DNA of 64,000 nucleotides from Candidatus Moraniibacteriota bacterium (GTDB lineage: Bacteria > Patescibacteriota > Minisyncoccia > Moranbacterales > GCA-2747515): contig CALNYG010000015.1 of assembly GCA_942490825.1 (NCBI GenBank), forward strand, positions 24,073-88,072. Reading direction: 5' to 3'. Below, in pieces: positions 38,260 through 47,561 of this stretch (position 1 is the stretch's first letter; each line of letters begins with the position of its first letter). Below the pieces are notes generated by a model. The model saw only the letters and a list, made by a program, of their open reading frames with translations. It did not search any database and was not told the origin of the DNA. Position numbers and translations under genes: made by a program.

Positions 38260-40119
38260 ATGAAAAATAAAAAATCTATCCTTAATATTTTAATAATTTT
38301 AAATATTATTTTTTTGGTGGGATTAATTATGTTTGTGGGTATTAAGTGGTTTGAAAATAATTTTGATAATGACATTATTCAAGAAGATTTTTATACTGAC
38401 TTAAATGTAAAAAATAATCCTGATAAAAAAGATGAAAATTTTAATGAAGGTGAGGATAATTTATCGAAGTTAAGACCACAATTAAATTGCCAAGAGGGTT
38501 GGGATTCATATTTTCAGGACGTGATTGGAATAGGTTTTTGTTATCCGAAAGAATGGGGCGAGCCTTATACTGAGCCATATGAAAATATGACTGATATTTC
38601 AGATATGAAGAGAGCTAATAAAGAATATTATAAAAGTTTTGATATTCGATTTAAAGAAGATAAATCATTAAACTTAAAGTTTTTTAATGAGCAATATACG
38701 GGAAAGACTGAAAGAGATATAGATGAGCCGTATAATTATTATGGCTCTGGATCGACAGGCAACATCATTGATTTAAAAAATAGTAATGATATTTGTGATT
38801 ACAAAGTTAGTTTTAAATATAAGTATAATCCAACTATGATACCGGGGGATTTGCAAACAATTCATTCTGATTGTGAGAAGGGTGTTAAGTCGATTTTAAC
38901 TGAGGATAAGCAATATTTTAGTTTTGTTGATAATGATCCTCGCTATACTTACAAATTAAAATCATTAGGTTTTAAAAAGCTTTCTAATCATTATTTTGAT
39001 TATCTTTTGATGAGTGATTCTTTCGATGGGGCGAATCAGATAGTTGAGAAGCTGAATTCGTTAGATGAATTTTTTATTGCTAAAAAAACAAATAAGAACA
39101 CGGGAGAGACTTCAGTTAAAACAAAGGAACAATTTATTCAAGAACGAGAAATATTTGAAAAGTTTGTGAATTCGGTTGTGGTGTATGATCCAATTTTAAA
39201 ACAACCTAAAGAATTTAAGGAAATTAAAGGAGAAGATTTAAATATCACAGCTATTAGAAAATATTATTGGTTAATTGAAACTGGTAAATTAGAAGACTCT
39301 TATGCAATGCGAACAGATGATGTGTTTGCAGATTTTGATGAATTTAAGAAAGATTATGAAAGTGTTTATTTTGTGGAGCCGTTTGATTTTAAAAAAATAG
39401 GTGAGAATCAATATGATTTTCAGGTGAAATATCAAGATCATAATTCAGATGAACAGATTTTTCATAACACAATGGAAGTAGAGAATAATAAATTGAAAAC
39501 TATTTTCACAGAAGAATATTTAACGGATAGAGTAGAATTTAATGATATGATTGCTTTTGCGACTAAGAGAGGCTCTAAAAATTATATGGTTTTACAAAAA
39601 AATGGAAAAGAATTTATTGTTGATGAAGGATATTCTGATTATAATTTTGAAGATGAAAGCAGGAATCTTTCGGAAGTTAAATTTTTTAGTAATATTAAAT
39701 TTTCTCCAAAGGGTAATTATTTAACTTATAGAGTTGGGGGTTGGGAATGGTCTTATGAGAATATTTATGATATTTCTAAAAATATAAGCATCACTGAAAA
39801 AAATGATAAAATGGATTTGTATAGTGCGGAAATAGGTTTTACGGATGATGAAAAATATTTTTATTTTTGCTCAAGTGCTGGTATGGCAAGTGGTCCAGGA
39901 GGGCAAGTGTATTCAATTCCAAATTTTGATTTGAAGTTAGATGTTTTGAAGGATGATAGAGTTGTTGACGATTTTATATACGTGGATTGTGATTTTAACA
40001 AAAATAGTAATTATATTTATTTTAAATTGTTTAATTGTGATGAAGAATATGAATTATGCAATGATGATGATAAAAAAGTGGAGATAAAATATAATCTTTC
40101 TACTGGAAAAGTTGAATAA
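38260..40119 (+). CDS. hypothetical N-terminally anchored protein (619 aa)
   Basis: Long ORF with an N-terminal TM helix and no recognised motif. Confidence 0.5.
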   Translation: MKNKKSILNILIILNIIFLVGLIMFVGIKWFENNFDNDIIQEDFYTDLNVKNNPDKKDENFNEGEDNLSKLRPQLNCQEGWDSYFQDVIGIGFCYPKEWGEPYTEPYENMTDISDMKRANKEYYKSFDIRFKEDKSLNLKFFNEQYTGKTERDIDEPYNYYGSGSTGNIIDLKNSNDICDYKVSFKYKYNPTMIPGDLQTIHSDCEKGVKSILTEDKQYFSFVDNDPRYTYKLKSLGFKKLSNHYFDYLLMSDSFDGANQIVEKLNSLDEFFIAKKTNKNTGETSVKTKEQFIQEREIFEKFVNSVVVYDPILKQPKEFKEIKGEDLNITAIRKYYWLIETGKLEDSYAMRTDDVFADFDEFKKDYESVYFVEPFDFKKIGENQYDFQVKYQDHNSDEQIFHNTMEVENNKLKTIFTEEYLTDRVEFNDMIAFATKRGSKNYMVLQKNGKEFIVDEGYSDYNFEDESRNLSEVKFFSNIKFSPKGNYLTYRVGGWEWSYENIYDISKNISITEKNDKMDLYSAEIGFTDDEKYFYFCSSAGMASGPGGQVYSIPNFDLKLDVLKDDRVVDDFIYVDCDFNKNSNYIYFKLFNCDEEYELCNDDDKKVEIKYNLSTGKVE

Positions 40120-40165
40120 TTTGTAGATAATAAAAATGTTTTTTGTGAACTTTTCAACCTAAAAA

Positions 40166-40183
40166 GCCCGTGCGGCGAGCACT
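40166..40183 (+). repeat. repeat family D core, copy 8
   Basis: GCCCGTGCGGCGAGCACT. Confidence 0.85.
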
Positions 40184-40248
40184 ATAATTAGAAAAACTCT
40201 AAAATTTCAGTTGACTAGACGGTTGAAATGAGGTAGTCTAGTTGTAGT

Positions 40249-40605
40249 ATGAAAGAATGTATATTTTGTAAAATCATTGAAAAAAAAGTGCCAGCTAAGA
40301 TTTATCGAGAAACTGATAAGGTCTTAGCTTTTGAGGATGCTTTTAAAATTGCACCAGTGCATGTTTTAATTATTCCTAAAGAGCATATTTCTTCAATGAA
40401 TGATATAAAAGATGATCAGAACGAGGTGATTTCAGAAATGTTTTTGATTGCTCGGGATTTGGCGAAAGAATTGAAAATTGATGAATCTGGTTATAAACTT
40501 TTGATTCGAACTGGTTCTGATGGTGGTCAGGAGATTCCACATGTTCATTTGCATTTGATTGGTGGTGCACCGTTGTCGGAGGATATTCGACCAATCGAGG
40601 GTTAA
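40249..40605 (+). CDS. HIT-family (histidine triad) nucleotide hydrolase
   Basis: 'CIFCKI' and the triad 'HVHLHLIGG'. Confidence 0.88.
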   Translation: MKECIFCKIIEKKVPAKIYRETDKVLAFEDAFKIAPVHVLIIPKEHISSMNDIKDDQNEVISEMFLIARDLAKELKIDESGYKLLIRTGSDGGQEIPHVHLHLIGGAPLSEDIRPIEG

Positions 40606-40723
40606 TTTTTTTTAACTGTTACATTAACAGATTAATAGGGAATTGAAATATCTAATTTTTTTGGATATTTAATATTCCACATTATGTGGTTTTTTATAGA
40701 AATTTTAGAAAGGAGGCGGCATT

Positions 40724-40987
40724 ATGGTATACGTATATAAGAAAAGTGAGAAAGAAACAACTGATAGTTTAGTTAAACGTTTCACTCGTAGAGTACAACA
40801 AAGTGGTGTTTTGATGCATGTCCGTAGAAATCGTTTTGATAACGGTACACAGACTAAAATTAAAAGACGTGCAGAAGCTTTGTATAAGAAGCAAATGAAA
40901 AAAGAAGTTGATAAACTTAAGAAAATGGGTCGTTTTGATAACGATGCTTTCAAAGAGCTTAAGAAAAAAATGAAAAAAGAGAAATAG
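40724..40987 (+). CDS. rpsU: 30S ribosomal protein S21
   Basis: Strong SD AAAGGAGG. 'LVKRFTRRVQQSGVLMHVRRNRF' matches the S21 pattern (RRFKR..eKaGvl.e.RrR.fyekP). Confidence 0.8.
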   Translation: MVYVYKKSEKETTDSLVKRFTRRVQQSGVLMHVRRNRFDNGTQTKIKRRAEALYKKQMKKEVDKLKKMGRFDNDAFKELKKKMKKEK

Positions 40988-40991
40988 AAAG

Positions 40992-41026
40992 TAAATGCGT
41001 GATTTTTTTCACGCATTTATTTTTTT
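40992..41026 (+). terminator. rho-independent terminator
   Basis: TAAATGCGTGA-N6-TCACGCATTTA plus a T run. Confidence 0.85.
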
Positions 41027-41049
41027 GCAAAAATTTTAAATAAAAAATT

Positions 41050-41499
41050 ATGAAAATCAAAGAACAAATTAGAGAAGATCTTAAAAAGGCGATGAAGGCT
41101 GGTGAGGCGGAGAAACGTGATACTTTGCGGATGTTGGATAGTATGATTAAGAATGAGGAAATTGCTCAAGGTGTTCGTGAAGAGGGTTTGGGTGATGATG
41201 ATGTTTTGATTTTGGTTAAGCGAGCGGTGAAGCAGAGGCAGGATAGTATTAAGCAATTTATGGATGGTGGGCGAGAGGACTTGGCGGACAAGGAGCGATC
41301 AGAAGTGGAAATTATTAAGGTGTATTTACCGGAACAGATGGGCGATGAGGAGTTGGAGAAGATTGTGAAAGAGGTTATTACTGAGGTTGGGGCTGAGTCT
41401 AAAGCTGATATGGGGAAGGTTATGGGTTCGGTTATTGGTAGGGTTGGTTCGTTGGCTGATGGTGGTAGGGTTAAGGATATGGTGATGAAGAATTTATAA
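41050..41499 (+). CDS. yqeY: GatB/YqeY-domain protein
   Basis: 'IREDLKKAMKAGEAEKRDTLRML'. The rpsU-yqeY neighbourhood is as in Firmicutes. Confidence 0.85.
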   Translation: MKIKEQIREDLKKAMKAGEAEKRDTLRMLDSMIKNEEIAQGVREEGLGDDDVLILVKRAVKQRQDSIKQFMDGGREDLADKERSEVEIIKVYLPEQMGDEELEKIVKEVITEVGAESKADMGKVMGSVIGRVGSLADGGRVKDMVMKNL

Positions 41500-41554
41500 A
41501 TAGACTTGTAAATGGGTAGACTTTTAGGTTTGTAGATGAATTATTGTGCTTGAT

Positions 41555-41590
41555 AAGGTTCGACCTTCGGGGATCCGAAGGTCGAACCTT
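41555..41590. repeat. 36-nt near-perfect palindrome
   Basis: AAGGTTCGACCTTCGG-gga-TCCGAAGGTCGAACCTT (about 16-bp stem) with no T run. Confidence 0.7.
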
Positions 41591-41625
41591 GGATTAGTGT
41601 TAAAATTTTTTAAAGATATTGGCTT

Positions 41626-42159
41626 ATGTGGAAAACTTTAAAATCTAAAATAATATTTGAACATCCTCGATTAACTTTGATCGAGGATGATATTGAATTG
41701 CCAGATGGTGCTGAAAGTAAATATTTATTGTTTGAAGACAGGGGTGATTGTGTGACTGTTATTTGTAGGAATGATGATGGGAAGATTATTTTGCAAAAGG
41801 AATTTTCTTATCCTGTTAGAGAGGAAATTTATCAACTTCCTGGTGGATTTGTTCCTTATGGTGAAAATATTGAAGATGGTGCTAATAGGGAGTTGATGGA
41901 GGAATTGGGTTATAGGAGTAATAAGCTGACTCAGATTGGTAAGTATTTGATGAATAATCGGCGTTCGAAATCTTTTATGTATGTGTTTTTGGCTGAGGAT
42001 TTGGTTGAGGCTGATTTGAAGGTGGATCGGGATGCTACGGAGGTTGGGATGGTGAATGATTGGGTTGAGGAGGGTGTTATTGATGAGAAAATTAAAAGTG
42101 GTGAGATTGTTAATGTTCATGCTTTGGCGAGCTGGTGTATTTATAAGAGTTTAAGGTAA
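41626..42159 (+). CDS. NUDIX hydrolase (ADP-ribose pyrophosphatase-like)
   Basis: Nudix box 'GGFVPYGENIEDGANRELMEELG'. Confidence 0.8.
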   Translation: MWKTLKSKIIFEHPRLTLIEDDIELPDGAESKYLLFEDRGDCVTVICRNDDGKIILQKEFSYPVREEIYQLPGGFVPYGENIEDGANRELMEELGYRSNKLTQIGKYLMNNRRSKSFMYVFLAEDLVEADLKVDRDATEVGMVNDWVEEGVIDEKIKSGEIVNVHALASWCIYKSLR

Positions 42160-42190
42160 ATTAAAAATAAAATTAATTAAAATATAAAAA

Positions 42191-44134
42191 ATGAATGAGA
42201 GTAGTTTGGAAGATCATAGACGAAATAGGAAAATTTTAAATCCTCCTTTTTTGCATTATCTTCCTGATATGAAAACTTCATCATGGTTCAATGAAAGATT
42301 GCCTGAAATGATTTGGGCGGTTTTAGTAATGGGTAATTTAAATAGAGAAGATGCGCTTGATTTTTTTAGATATGTCATTACTTTTGTTGATGCTAATAGA
42401 GAATGTTCCGATATAACAATGACAGGTATTTCTAAACTATCAGATAGCAAAAGAGAATCTTTTATAAAGTATTTAACAAGTTATTCGGAAGAGGTGAATA
42501 ATATTCTTAATGTTTTATTATTATTTCCTGAGTTACCTAGTCTTAAAGAATGGAAAAATAATTTAAAAGAGAGTGTTGATTTAAATGATGATTGGAATAA
42601 GTTGATGGATGGCGTTGAGAAATCATTTTGGCATCAGTCTGAGGCTGCAACCGATTGTAGATGGATAAGTTTTTTGTGTAAGATTATTAGTGGAGAGATA
42701 AAGTTTTCTAGCTCAATTCCTGATATTGAAGAAACTTTAAAAGGTGTCTATGAATATCCAAATTATGGTGATATTAAACATGTTAATGGGTTTATTAGAG
42801 CTTCTGAAATAAGTTTTGTTTCAGGAAAGAAAGATAGCGAGTGGTCAAAGTATTTTTGGAAATATTGTTTTGATAATACTGGTTGTTTGCCAGAAGAGGC
42901 TGTGAGTGAAAAAATTAAAAATAGAAGAGAGGAACTATCAAAAGAAATAGAGATCGCAAGAAAAAGTCATATCAATGAAACTATTGAATTAAGAAATGAC
43001 CTTATTGATCATTTTTTTAAAACATCAGGAACATCATCGATAGACTCTCGTCATGAGGGTGTTTTTGGTATTACCCTGTATGCATTATCTCTTTATATTG
43101 AAACTATTTTTTATGGAACTTCTTTATCGATAACAGGAAGATTAGGGCTAAGATCTCTCGTTGAGACTTATATAACATTTGCTTATTTATTACAAAAAGA
43201 ATCTTTAGAGCCAAGAGTTTGGGATGATTACCGCAGCTATGGAATAGGACAAATAAAATTAGTGTATCTTAAGTTAAAGAAAATGAAAAAAGAGCCTGTT
43301 AGCTTTACGTTGGATGAAATGAGGTTTATTGTAAATGAAGATAAATGGATGGAATTTATTTCGATAAATTTAGGTCATTGGGATTCCGCAAACTTAAGAC
43401 AGATGAGTGAAGATGTTGGATTAAAAGATTTATATGATAAATATTATGGTTACACTTCAAATTTTATGCACGCAAACTGGGGCGCTGTAAGGGAGTCTGT
43501 TTATCAAAAGTGTTTAAATCCGTTACATCGTTACCATAGAGTTCCAGTGTATGATTTACCACTTATGTCGAGTACAATAGATGACGCTAAAGAAATTATG
43601 AATAATATACTTGAGTGCTTGTCTTTGGCATATCCTAAGTTTGAAAATAAATTAAAAAATAAACCTAAATTTAAACCCATGAACATAAAACTAGATTTCA
43701 CATCCTTCATCGACCAACCACACAACAAACAATGGTTCCAAAAAATAGCCGAACAAACCCTACAAGAAATAAATACCGAAAAATTAAAAAACAAAGAAAT
43801 AGAAATTAGCGTGGCAGTCGTCGATAACGAAGAGATCAAAAAACTAAACAACAACCTAAGAGAAAAAGACGCAGTAACCGATGTCCTTTCAATCGGAGAT
43901 TACAGCGATGAAAAAAATATCTTCACAGAAAAAGAAAATAACATTTTTCTCGGCGAAATAATCCTATGCTATGAATTTATCGAAAAATCTGCTAAAATAA
44001 ATGGGAAGACAGTTGAACATGAATTGTCTTATGTTTTTTCACATGGAATATTACATCTTTTAGGATATAAACATAGCGATGAAATGTACGCAATTCAAGA
44101 AAAAATCAGCGATAATATATCAATAGACGTTTAG
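42191..44134 (+). CDS. ybeY: YbeY endoribonuclease preceded in-frame by a 496-aa domain of unknown function
   Basis: The C-terminal 151 aa from Met497 (ATG 43679) form a full-length YbeY with 'HGILHLLGYKH'. No stop separates it from the upstream 496 codons. Confidence 0.75.
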   Translation: MNESSLEDHRRNRKILNPPFLHYLPDMKTSSWFNERLPEMIWAVLVMGNLNREDALDFFRYVITFVDANRECSDITMTGISKLSDSKRESFIKYLTSYSEEVNNILNVLLLFPELPSLKEWKNNLKESVDLNDDWNKLMDGVEKSFWHQSEAATDCRWISFLCKIISGEIKFSSSIPDIEETLKGVYEYPNYGDIKHVNGFIRASEISFVSGKKDSEWSKYFWKYCFDNTGCLPEEAVSEKIKNRREELSKEIEIARKSHINETIELRNDLIDHFFKTSGTSSIDSRHEGVFGITLYALSLYIETIFYGTSLSITGRLGLRSLVETYITFAYLLQKESLEPRVWDDYRSYGIGQIKLVYLKLKKMKKEPVSFTLDEMRFIVNEDKWMEFISINLGHWDSANLRQMSEDVGLKDLYDKYYGYTSNFMHANWGAVRESVYQKCLNPLHRYHRVPVYDLPLMSSTIDDAKEIMNNILECLSLAYPKFENKLKNKPKFKPMNIKLDFTSFIDQPHNKQWFQKIAEQTLQEINTEKLKNKEIEISVAVVDNEEIKKLNNNLREKDAVTDVLSIGDYSDEKNIFTEKENNIFLGEIILCYEFIEKSAKINGKTVEHELSYVFSHGILHLLGYKHSDEMYAIQEKISDNISIDV

Positions 44135-44154
44135 TCTTAGAGCGTAATTTAAAT

Positions 44155-44523
44155 ATGAAGCATAAAATAATTGGTTTGAAAAATGCAATGCACGCTTGGC
44201 AAGGATTGAAATTAGCTTTTAAATATGAGCATAATTTGAAGATAGAACTAATCTGTGCAATTGTAGTAGTTTCCTTACTGATTCTTCTGGGAGGATCTTC
44301 TCGAGATTTTCTGATAGTTTTATCAGTAATATTTTCAGTTTTAGTAACAGAGTTAATAAATACTGCAATTGAGAGATTAGTCGATATGGTTCAGCCAAAT
44401 CAACATCCTCATGCTAAAATAGTTAAGGACATGGCAGCGGGATTTGTTTTATTAACTGTCATTTTTTCAGTTTATGTAGGAATAACCATTTTTTACCCAT
44501 TGGTGGTTGCAAAATTTTTATAA
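44155..44523 (+). CDS. dgkA: diacylglycerol/undecaprenol kinase
   Basis: 122 aa, 3 TM helices, 'ELINTAIERLVD'. Follows ybeY as in Firmicutes. Confidence 0.8.
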   Translation: MKHKIIGLKNAMHAWQGLKLAFKYEHNLKIELICAIVVVSLLILLGGSSRDFLIVLSVIFSVLVTELINTAIERLVDMVQPNQHPHAKIVKDMAAGFVLLTVIFSVYVGITIFYPLVVAKFL

Positions 44524-44672
44524 TTTTTTTAAAATGGTATAATATATCTATAAATTGATAGATATTTAAATATATAGATTATTAGAATAAATCTGAATTA
44601 TCTAGAAGAAAGTCGTTGATTGAATTTTTAGTAAACAAAAATAAAATTATAGATATCAAATATTTGTAGGAT

Positions 44673-45932
44673 ATGAAAAATAACATTATTACTAGTATAG
44701 ATTTGGGTTCGTCGCTTGTGCGTTGTGTGATTGCAGATGCTTCTGATACAGATGGACAAATTAGAATTTTAGGCGTTGGTACAGCGGAATCTAGTGGAAT
44801 GCGTCGTGGTGCAGTAGTTGATATTGCAGATGCAGCGGATGCTATTTCAGTGGCAGTGGAAAAGGCAGAAATGATGAGTAACGAACAAGTCAAAAGTGCA
44901 ATTGTAAGCATTGGTGGTGCAGGATTAACAATTGAAAGTACTAAGGGTGTGGTGGCGGTTGGAAAAGCTGATGGTGAAGTTACAGATGATGATGTGGCAA
45001 GAGTGATTAATGCGGCTCAGTCCATTGCAATTCCAGCCAACAAAGAAATTATTCATGTTATACCTAAGTCTTTTCGTTTAGATGATCAAATGGATATTAA
45101 TGATCCAGTTGGATTGCAAGGCGTTCGACTTGAGGTTGATGCGGTTGTAGTTGAAGCCCCTGGAAATCATGTAAAAAACTTAACTCATGCAATGGAGCGA
45201 GCGGATATTGCTATTGAGGATTTCATTATTGAGCCATTAGCAGCGGCAGAATCTGTTTTAACTAAGAAGCAAAAAGAATTAGGGGTTGTTTTAGTAAATT
45301 TAGGAGCGAGTACAACATCCTTGGCAGTTTTCGAAGAGGGAGAATTAGTTTATGCAGCGATTATTCCAATTGGATCTGATTTTATCACTAACGATATTGC
45401 AATTGGTTTACGGACTTCCATTGATACAGCAGAACGAGTAAAATTTGAATATGGAAGTGCTATTTTTGATCCATCTACGCAAGGTAGTCAAATTGATTTA
45501 TCTCAGATCGATCCTCATGAAGAAGGTACTATTCCACATAGTCACATTATTGAAATAATTAATGCTAGATTAGAAGAAATATTTGATTTAGTAAGAAAGG
45601 AATTACAGAAAATTGGAAAAGATCATTTATTACCAGCTGGAGCGGTTTTAACAGGAGGAGGGATTAATCTTCCAGGTGTAGCGGAGTTTGCTAAAAAAAG
45701 GTTAGAACTACCTGTACAAATTGGTTGTCCAAAAAATCTTTTAGGTGTTATGGATAAAGTAGATGATCCATCTTATGCAACAGTAGTTGGTTTAATTTTA
45801 TGGGTAATGGATGACATGCATTATTATGGAGGAAGCAATAAATTTGGTTCAGGAATTTTAGGAAGCGTTTCAGGTAGTGCGAAAAATTCAGTTAAAAGTG
45901 TGGGTTCTTGGCTGGGTAAATTTTTGCCTTAA
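44673..45932 (+). CDS. ftsA: cell division protein FtsA
   Basis: Actin-like fold with 'SIDLGSS', 'LVNLGASTTS' and 'VLTGGG'. Located upstream of ftsZ. Confidence 0.92.
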   Translation: MKNNIITSIDLGSSLVRCVIADASDTDGQIRILGVGTAESSGMRRGAVVDIADAADAISVAVEKAEMMSNEQVKSAIVSIGGAGLTIESTKGVVAVGKADGEVTDDDVARVINAAQSIAIPANKEIIHVIPKSFRLDDQMDINDPVGLQGVRLEVDAVVVEAPGNHVKNLTHAMERADIAIEDFIIEPLAAAESVLTKKQKELGVVLVNLGASTTSLAVFEEGELVYAAIIPIGSDFITNDIAIGLRTSIDTAERVKFEYGSAIFDPSTQGSQIDLSQIDPHEEGTIPHSHIIEIINARLEEIFDLVRKELQKIGKDHLLPAGAVLTGGGINLPGVAEFAKKRLELPVQIGCPKNLLGVMDKVDDPSYATVVGLILWVMDDMHYYGGSNKFGSGILGSVSGSAKNSVKSVGSWLGKFLP

Positions 45933-46093
45933 ATAAGCTATTACCGTTCAATTTGACAGTAGAGTTTAGCTCGTGCTAAAGTTAGTTATTAAGGTGGTAT
46001 TTGTTAAATTATTTTATTAATATTTTTTACAGATATTCTCTATGAGATCGGCCAGATTAATTTAATAGGGGGTTCGTAAATTTTTAAAGAATT

Positions 46094-47473
46094 ATGGGAG
46101 AAATTAAAACAGATGTAGAAACATTTGCTCGAATCAAAGTTGTTGGAGTTGGTGGCGGTGGTGGTAATGCAATCAGTCGGATGATTGATGCTAATCTTAA
46201 AGGTGTCGAATTTGTAACGATTAATACTGATGCACAAGCATTGCATCATTCAAGAGCTGCTGAAAAGGTTCATATTGGTAAAAATTTAACCAAAGGACTT
46301 GGTGCTGGAATGAATCCTGAAGTGGGTCGTCAAGCTGCTGAAGAAAGTCGAGAAGAAATTCAACAGGTACTTAAAGGTGCTGATATGGTTTTCGTTACTT
46401 GTGGTTTAGGGGGTGGAACTGGAACTGGTGCAGCGCCAATTGTGGCTGAAGCTGCTCGTGAATTAGGTGCTTTGACAGTTGGTGTGGTTACTCGACCATT
46501 TTCTTTTGAGGGAGCAAAGCGAGGATCTATTGCTAAGGAAGGACTGGATGTTTTGAAAGAGAGAGTTGATACAATTATTACTATTCCGAATGATAGACTT
46601 CTATCAATTATTGATCGAAAGACTAGCTTAGTAAATGCTTTTAAAATTGTTGATGATGTGTTGAGACAAGGTGTTCAAGGTATTTCAGATTTGATTACTA
46701 AACCTGGTGTGGTTAATGTCGATTTCGCTGATGTTAAAGCAGTCATGTCAAATAGTGGTTCAGCACTAATGGGAATTGGTATTGCTAGCGGTGAAGATAG
46801 AGCGGCTGAAGCAGCAAAGGCAGCAGCAAATAGTCCGTTGCTGGAGCTTTCTATTGATGGTGCTAAAGGAGTTTTGTTTAATGTTAGTGGAAGCAGTGAT
46901 GTTACTATGCTTGAAATTAATGAAGCGGCTAATATTATTACTGAAACAATTGATCCTGATGCTAGAGTGATTTTTGGTGCAGTGTTGGATGATCAAATTG
47001 GTAAAGGTGAGATTCAAATTACGGTGGTAGCGACTGGGTTTGATAGTGATGAACCAGGAACAAATGGGATAGTGACTAGAGTTGAAGAGAAAAAAGAAAA
47101 TATTTCTGTAAATGTGAGTAATCCAAAACCTCAATCTACGAATATTAATGTAGTCAATGACGATGAAAAAAGGCATATTATAAGACCTAAGCCTAAAGTA
47201 GAAGTTAGAGAAGAAAAGCAGGAGAGGAAAATTGTTCAACCAGAACCTCAAATTGATAAACCTTCTCAGCATTCTCAATATTCTCAACCTTCTCAATCTC
47301 CTCAATCTCCTTTTTCGACTAAATCTATAGGAGCTAATAATAATATGATTGTTGATGAAAAAGTGCCTTATAATAATGCATCTAGAAATGACAAGGCTAA
47401 CAGTATCTTTAATGATGATGATAATGATGATTTTGAGATACCAGCATTTATTCGAAAGAAGATGGATAAGTAA
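46094..47473 (+). CDS. ftsZ: cell division protein FtsZ
   Basis: 'GVGGGGGNA' and '[12 protein letters not shown]'. Long Ser/Gln/Pro-rich linker and conserved C-terminal peptide '[12 protein letters not shown]'. Confidence 0.97.
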   Translation: MGEIKTDVETFARIKVVGVGGGGGNAISRMIDANLKGVEFVTINTDAQALHHSRAAEKVHIGKNLTKGLGAGMNPEVGRQAAEESREEIQQVLKGADMVFVTCGLGGGTGTGAAPIVAEAARELGALTVGVVTRPFSFEGAKRGSIAKEGLDVLKERVDTIITIPNDRLLSIIDRKTSLVNAFKIVDDVLRQGVQGISDLITKPGVVNVDFADVKAVMSNSGSALMGIGIASGEDRAAEAAKAAANSPLLELSIDGAKGVLFNVSGSSDVTMLEINEAANIITETIDPDARVIFGAVLDDQIGKGEIQITVVATGFDSDEPGTNGIVTRVEEKKENISVNVSNPKPQSTNINVVNDDEKRHIIRPKPKVEVREEKQERKIVQPEPQIDKPSQHSQYSQPSQSPQSPFSTKSIGANNNMIVDEKVPYNNASRNDKANSIFNDDDNDDFEIPAFIRKKMDK

Positions 47474-47488
47474 AATTTGTGATTTTTT

Positions 47489-47522
47489 AAAACTCCTTTG
47501 ATTTTTTCAGGGGAGTTTTTTG
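47489..47522 (+). terminator. rho-independent terminator after ftsZ
   Basis: AAAACTCC-N15-GGAGTTTT plus a T run. Confidence 0.65.
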
Positions 47523-47561
47523 TAGTTTTTTAAAGATGATTATGATATTATTAATATTGTA

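Noticed and set aside
40376-42120. Antisense ORFs opposite the HIT, S21, YqeY and NUDIX genes (40376..40594, 40705..41016, 41017..41256, 41725..42120)
   Set aside because: Each is nested opposite a gene with clear family motifs. Their translations are low-complexity.
46766-47305. 179-aa antisense ORF and 64-aa same-strand ORF inside ftsZ
   Set aside because: They overlap the conserved ftsZ frame, and their Arg/Leu/Phe-rich low-complexity products are mirror images of the FtsZ linker.
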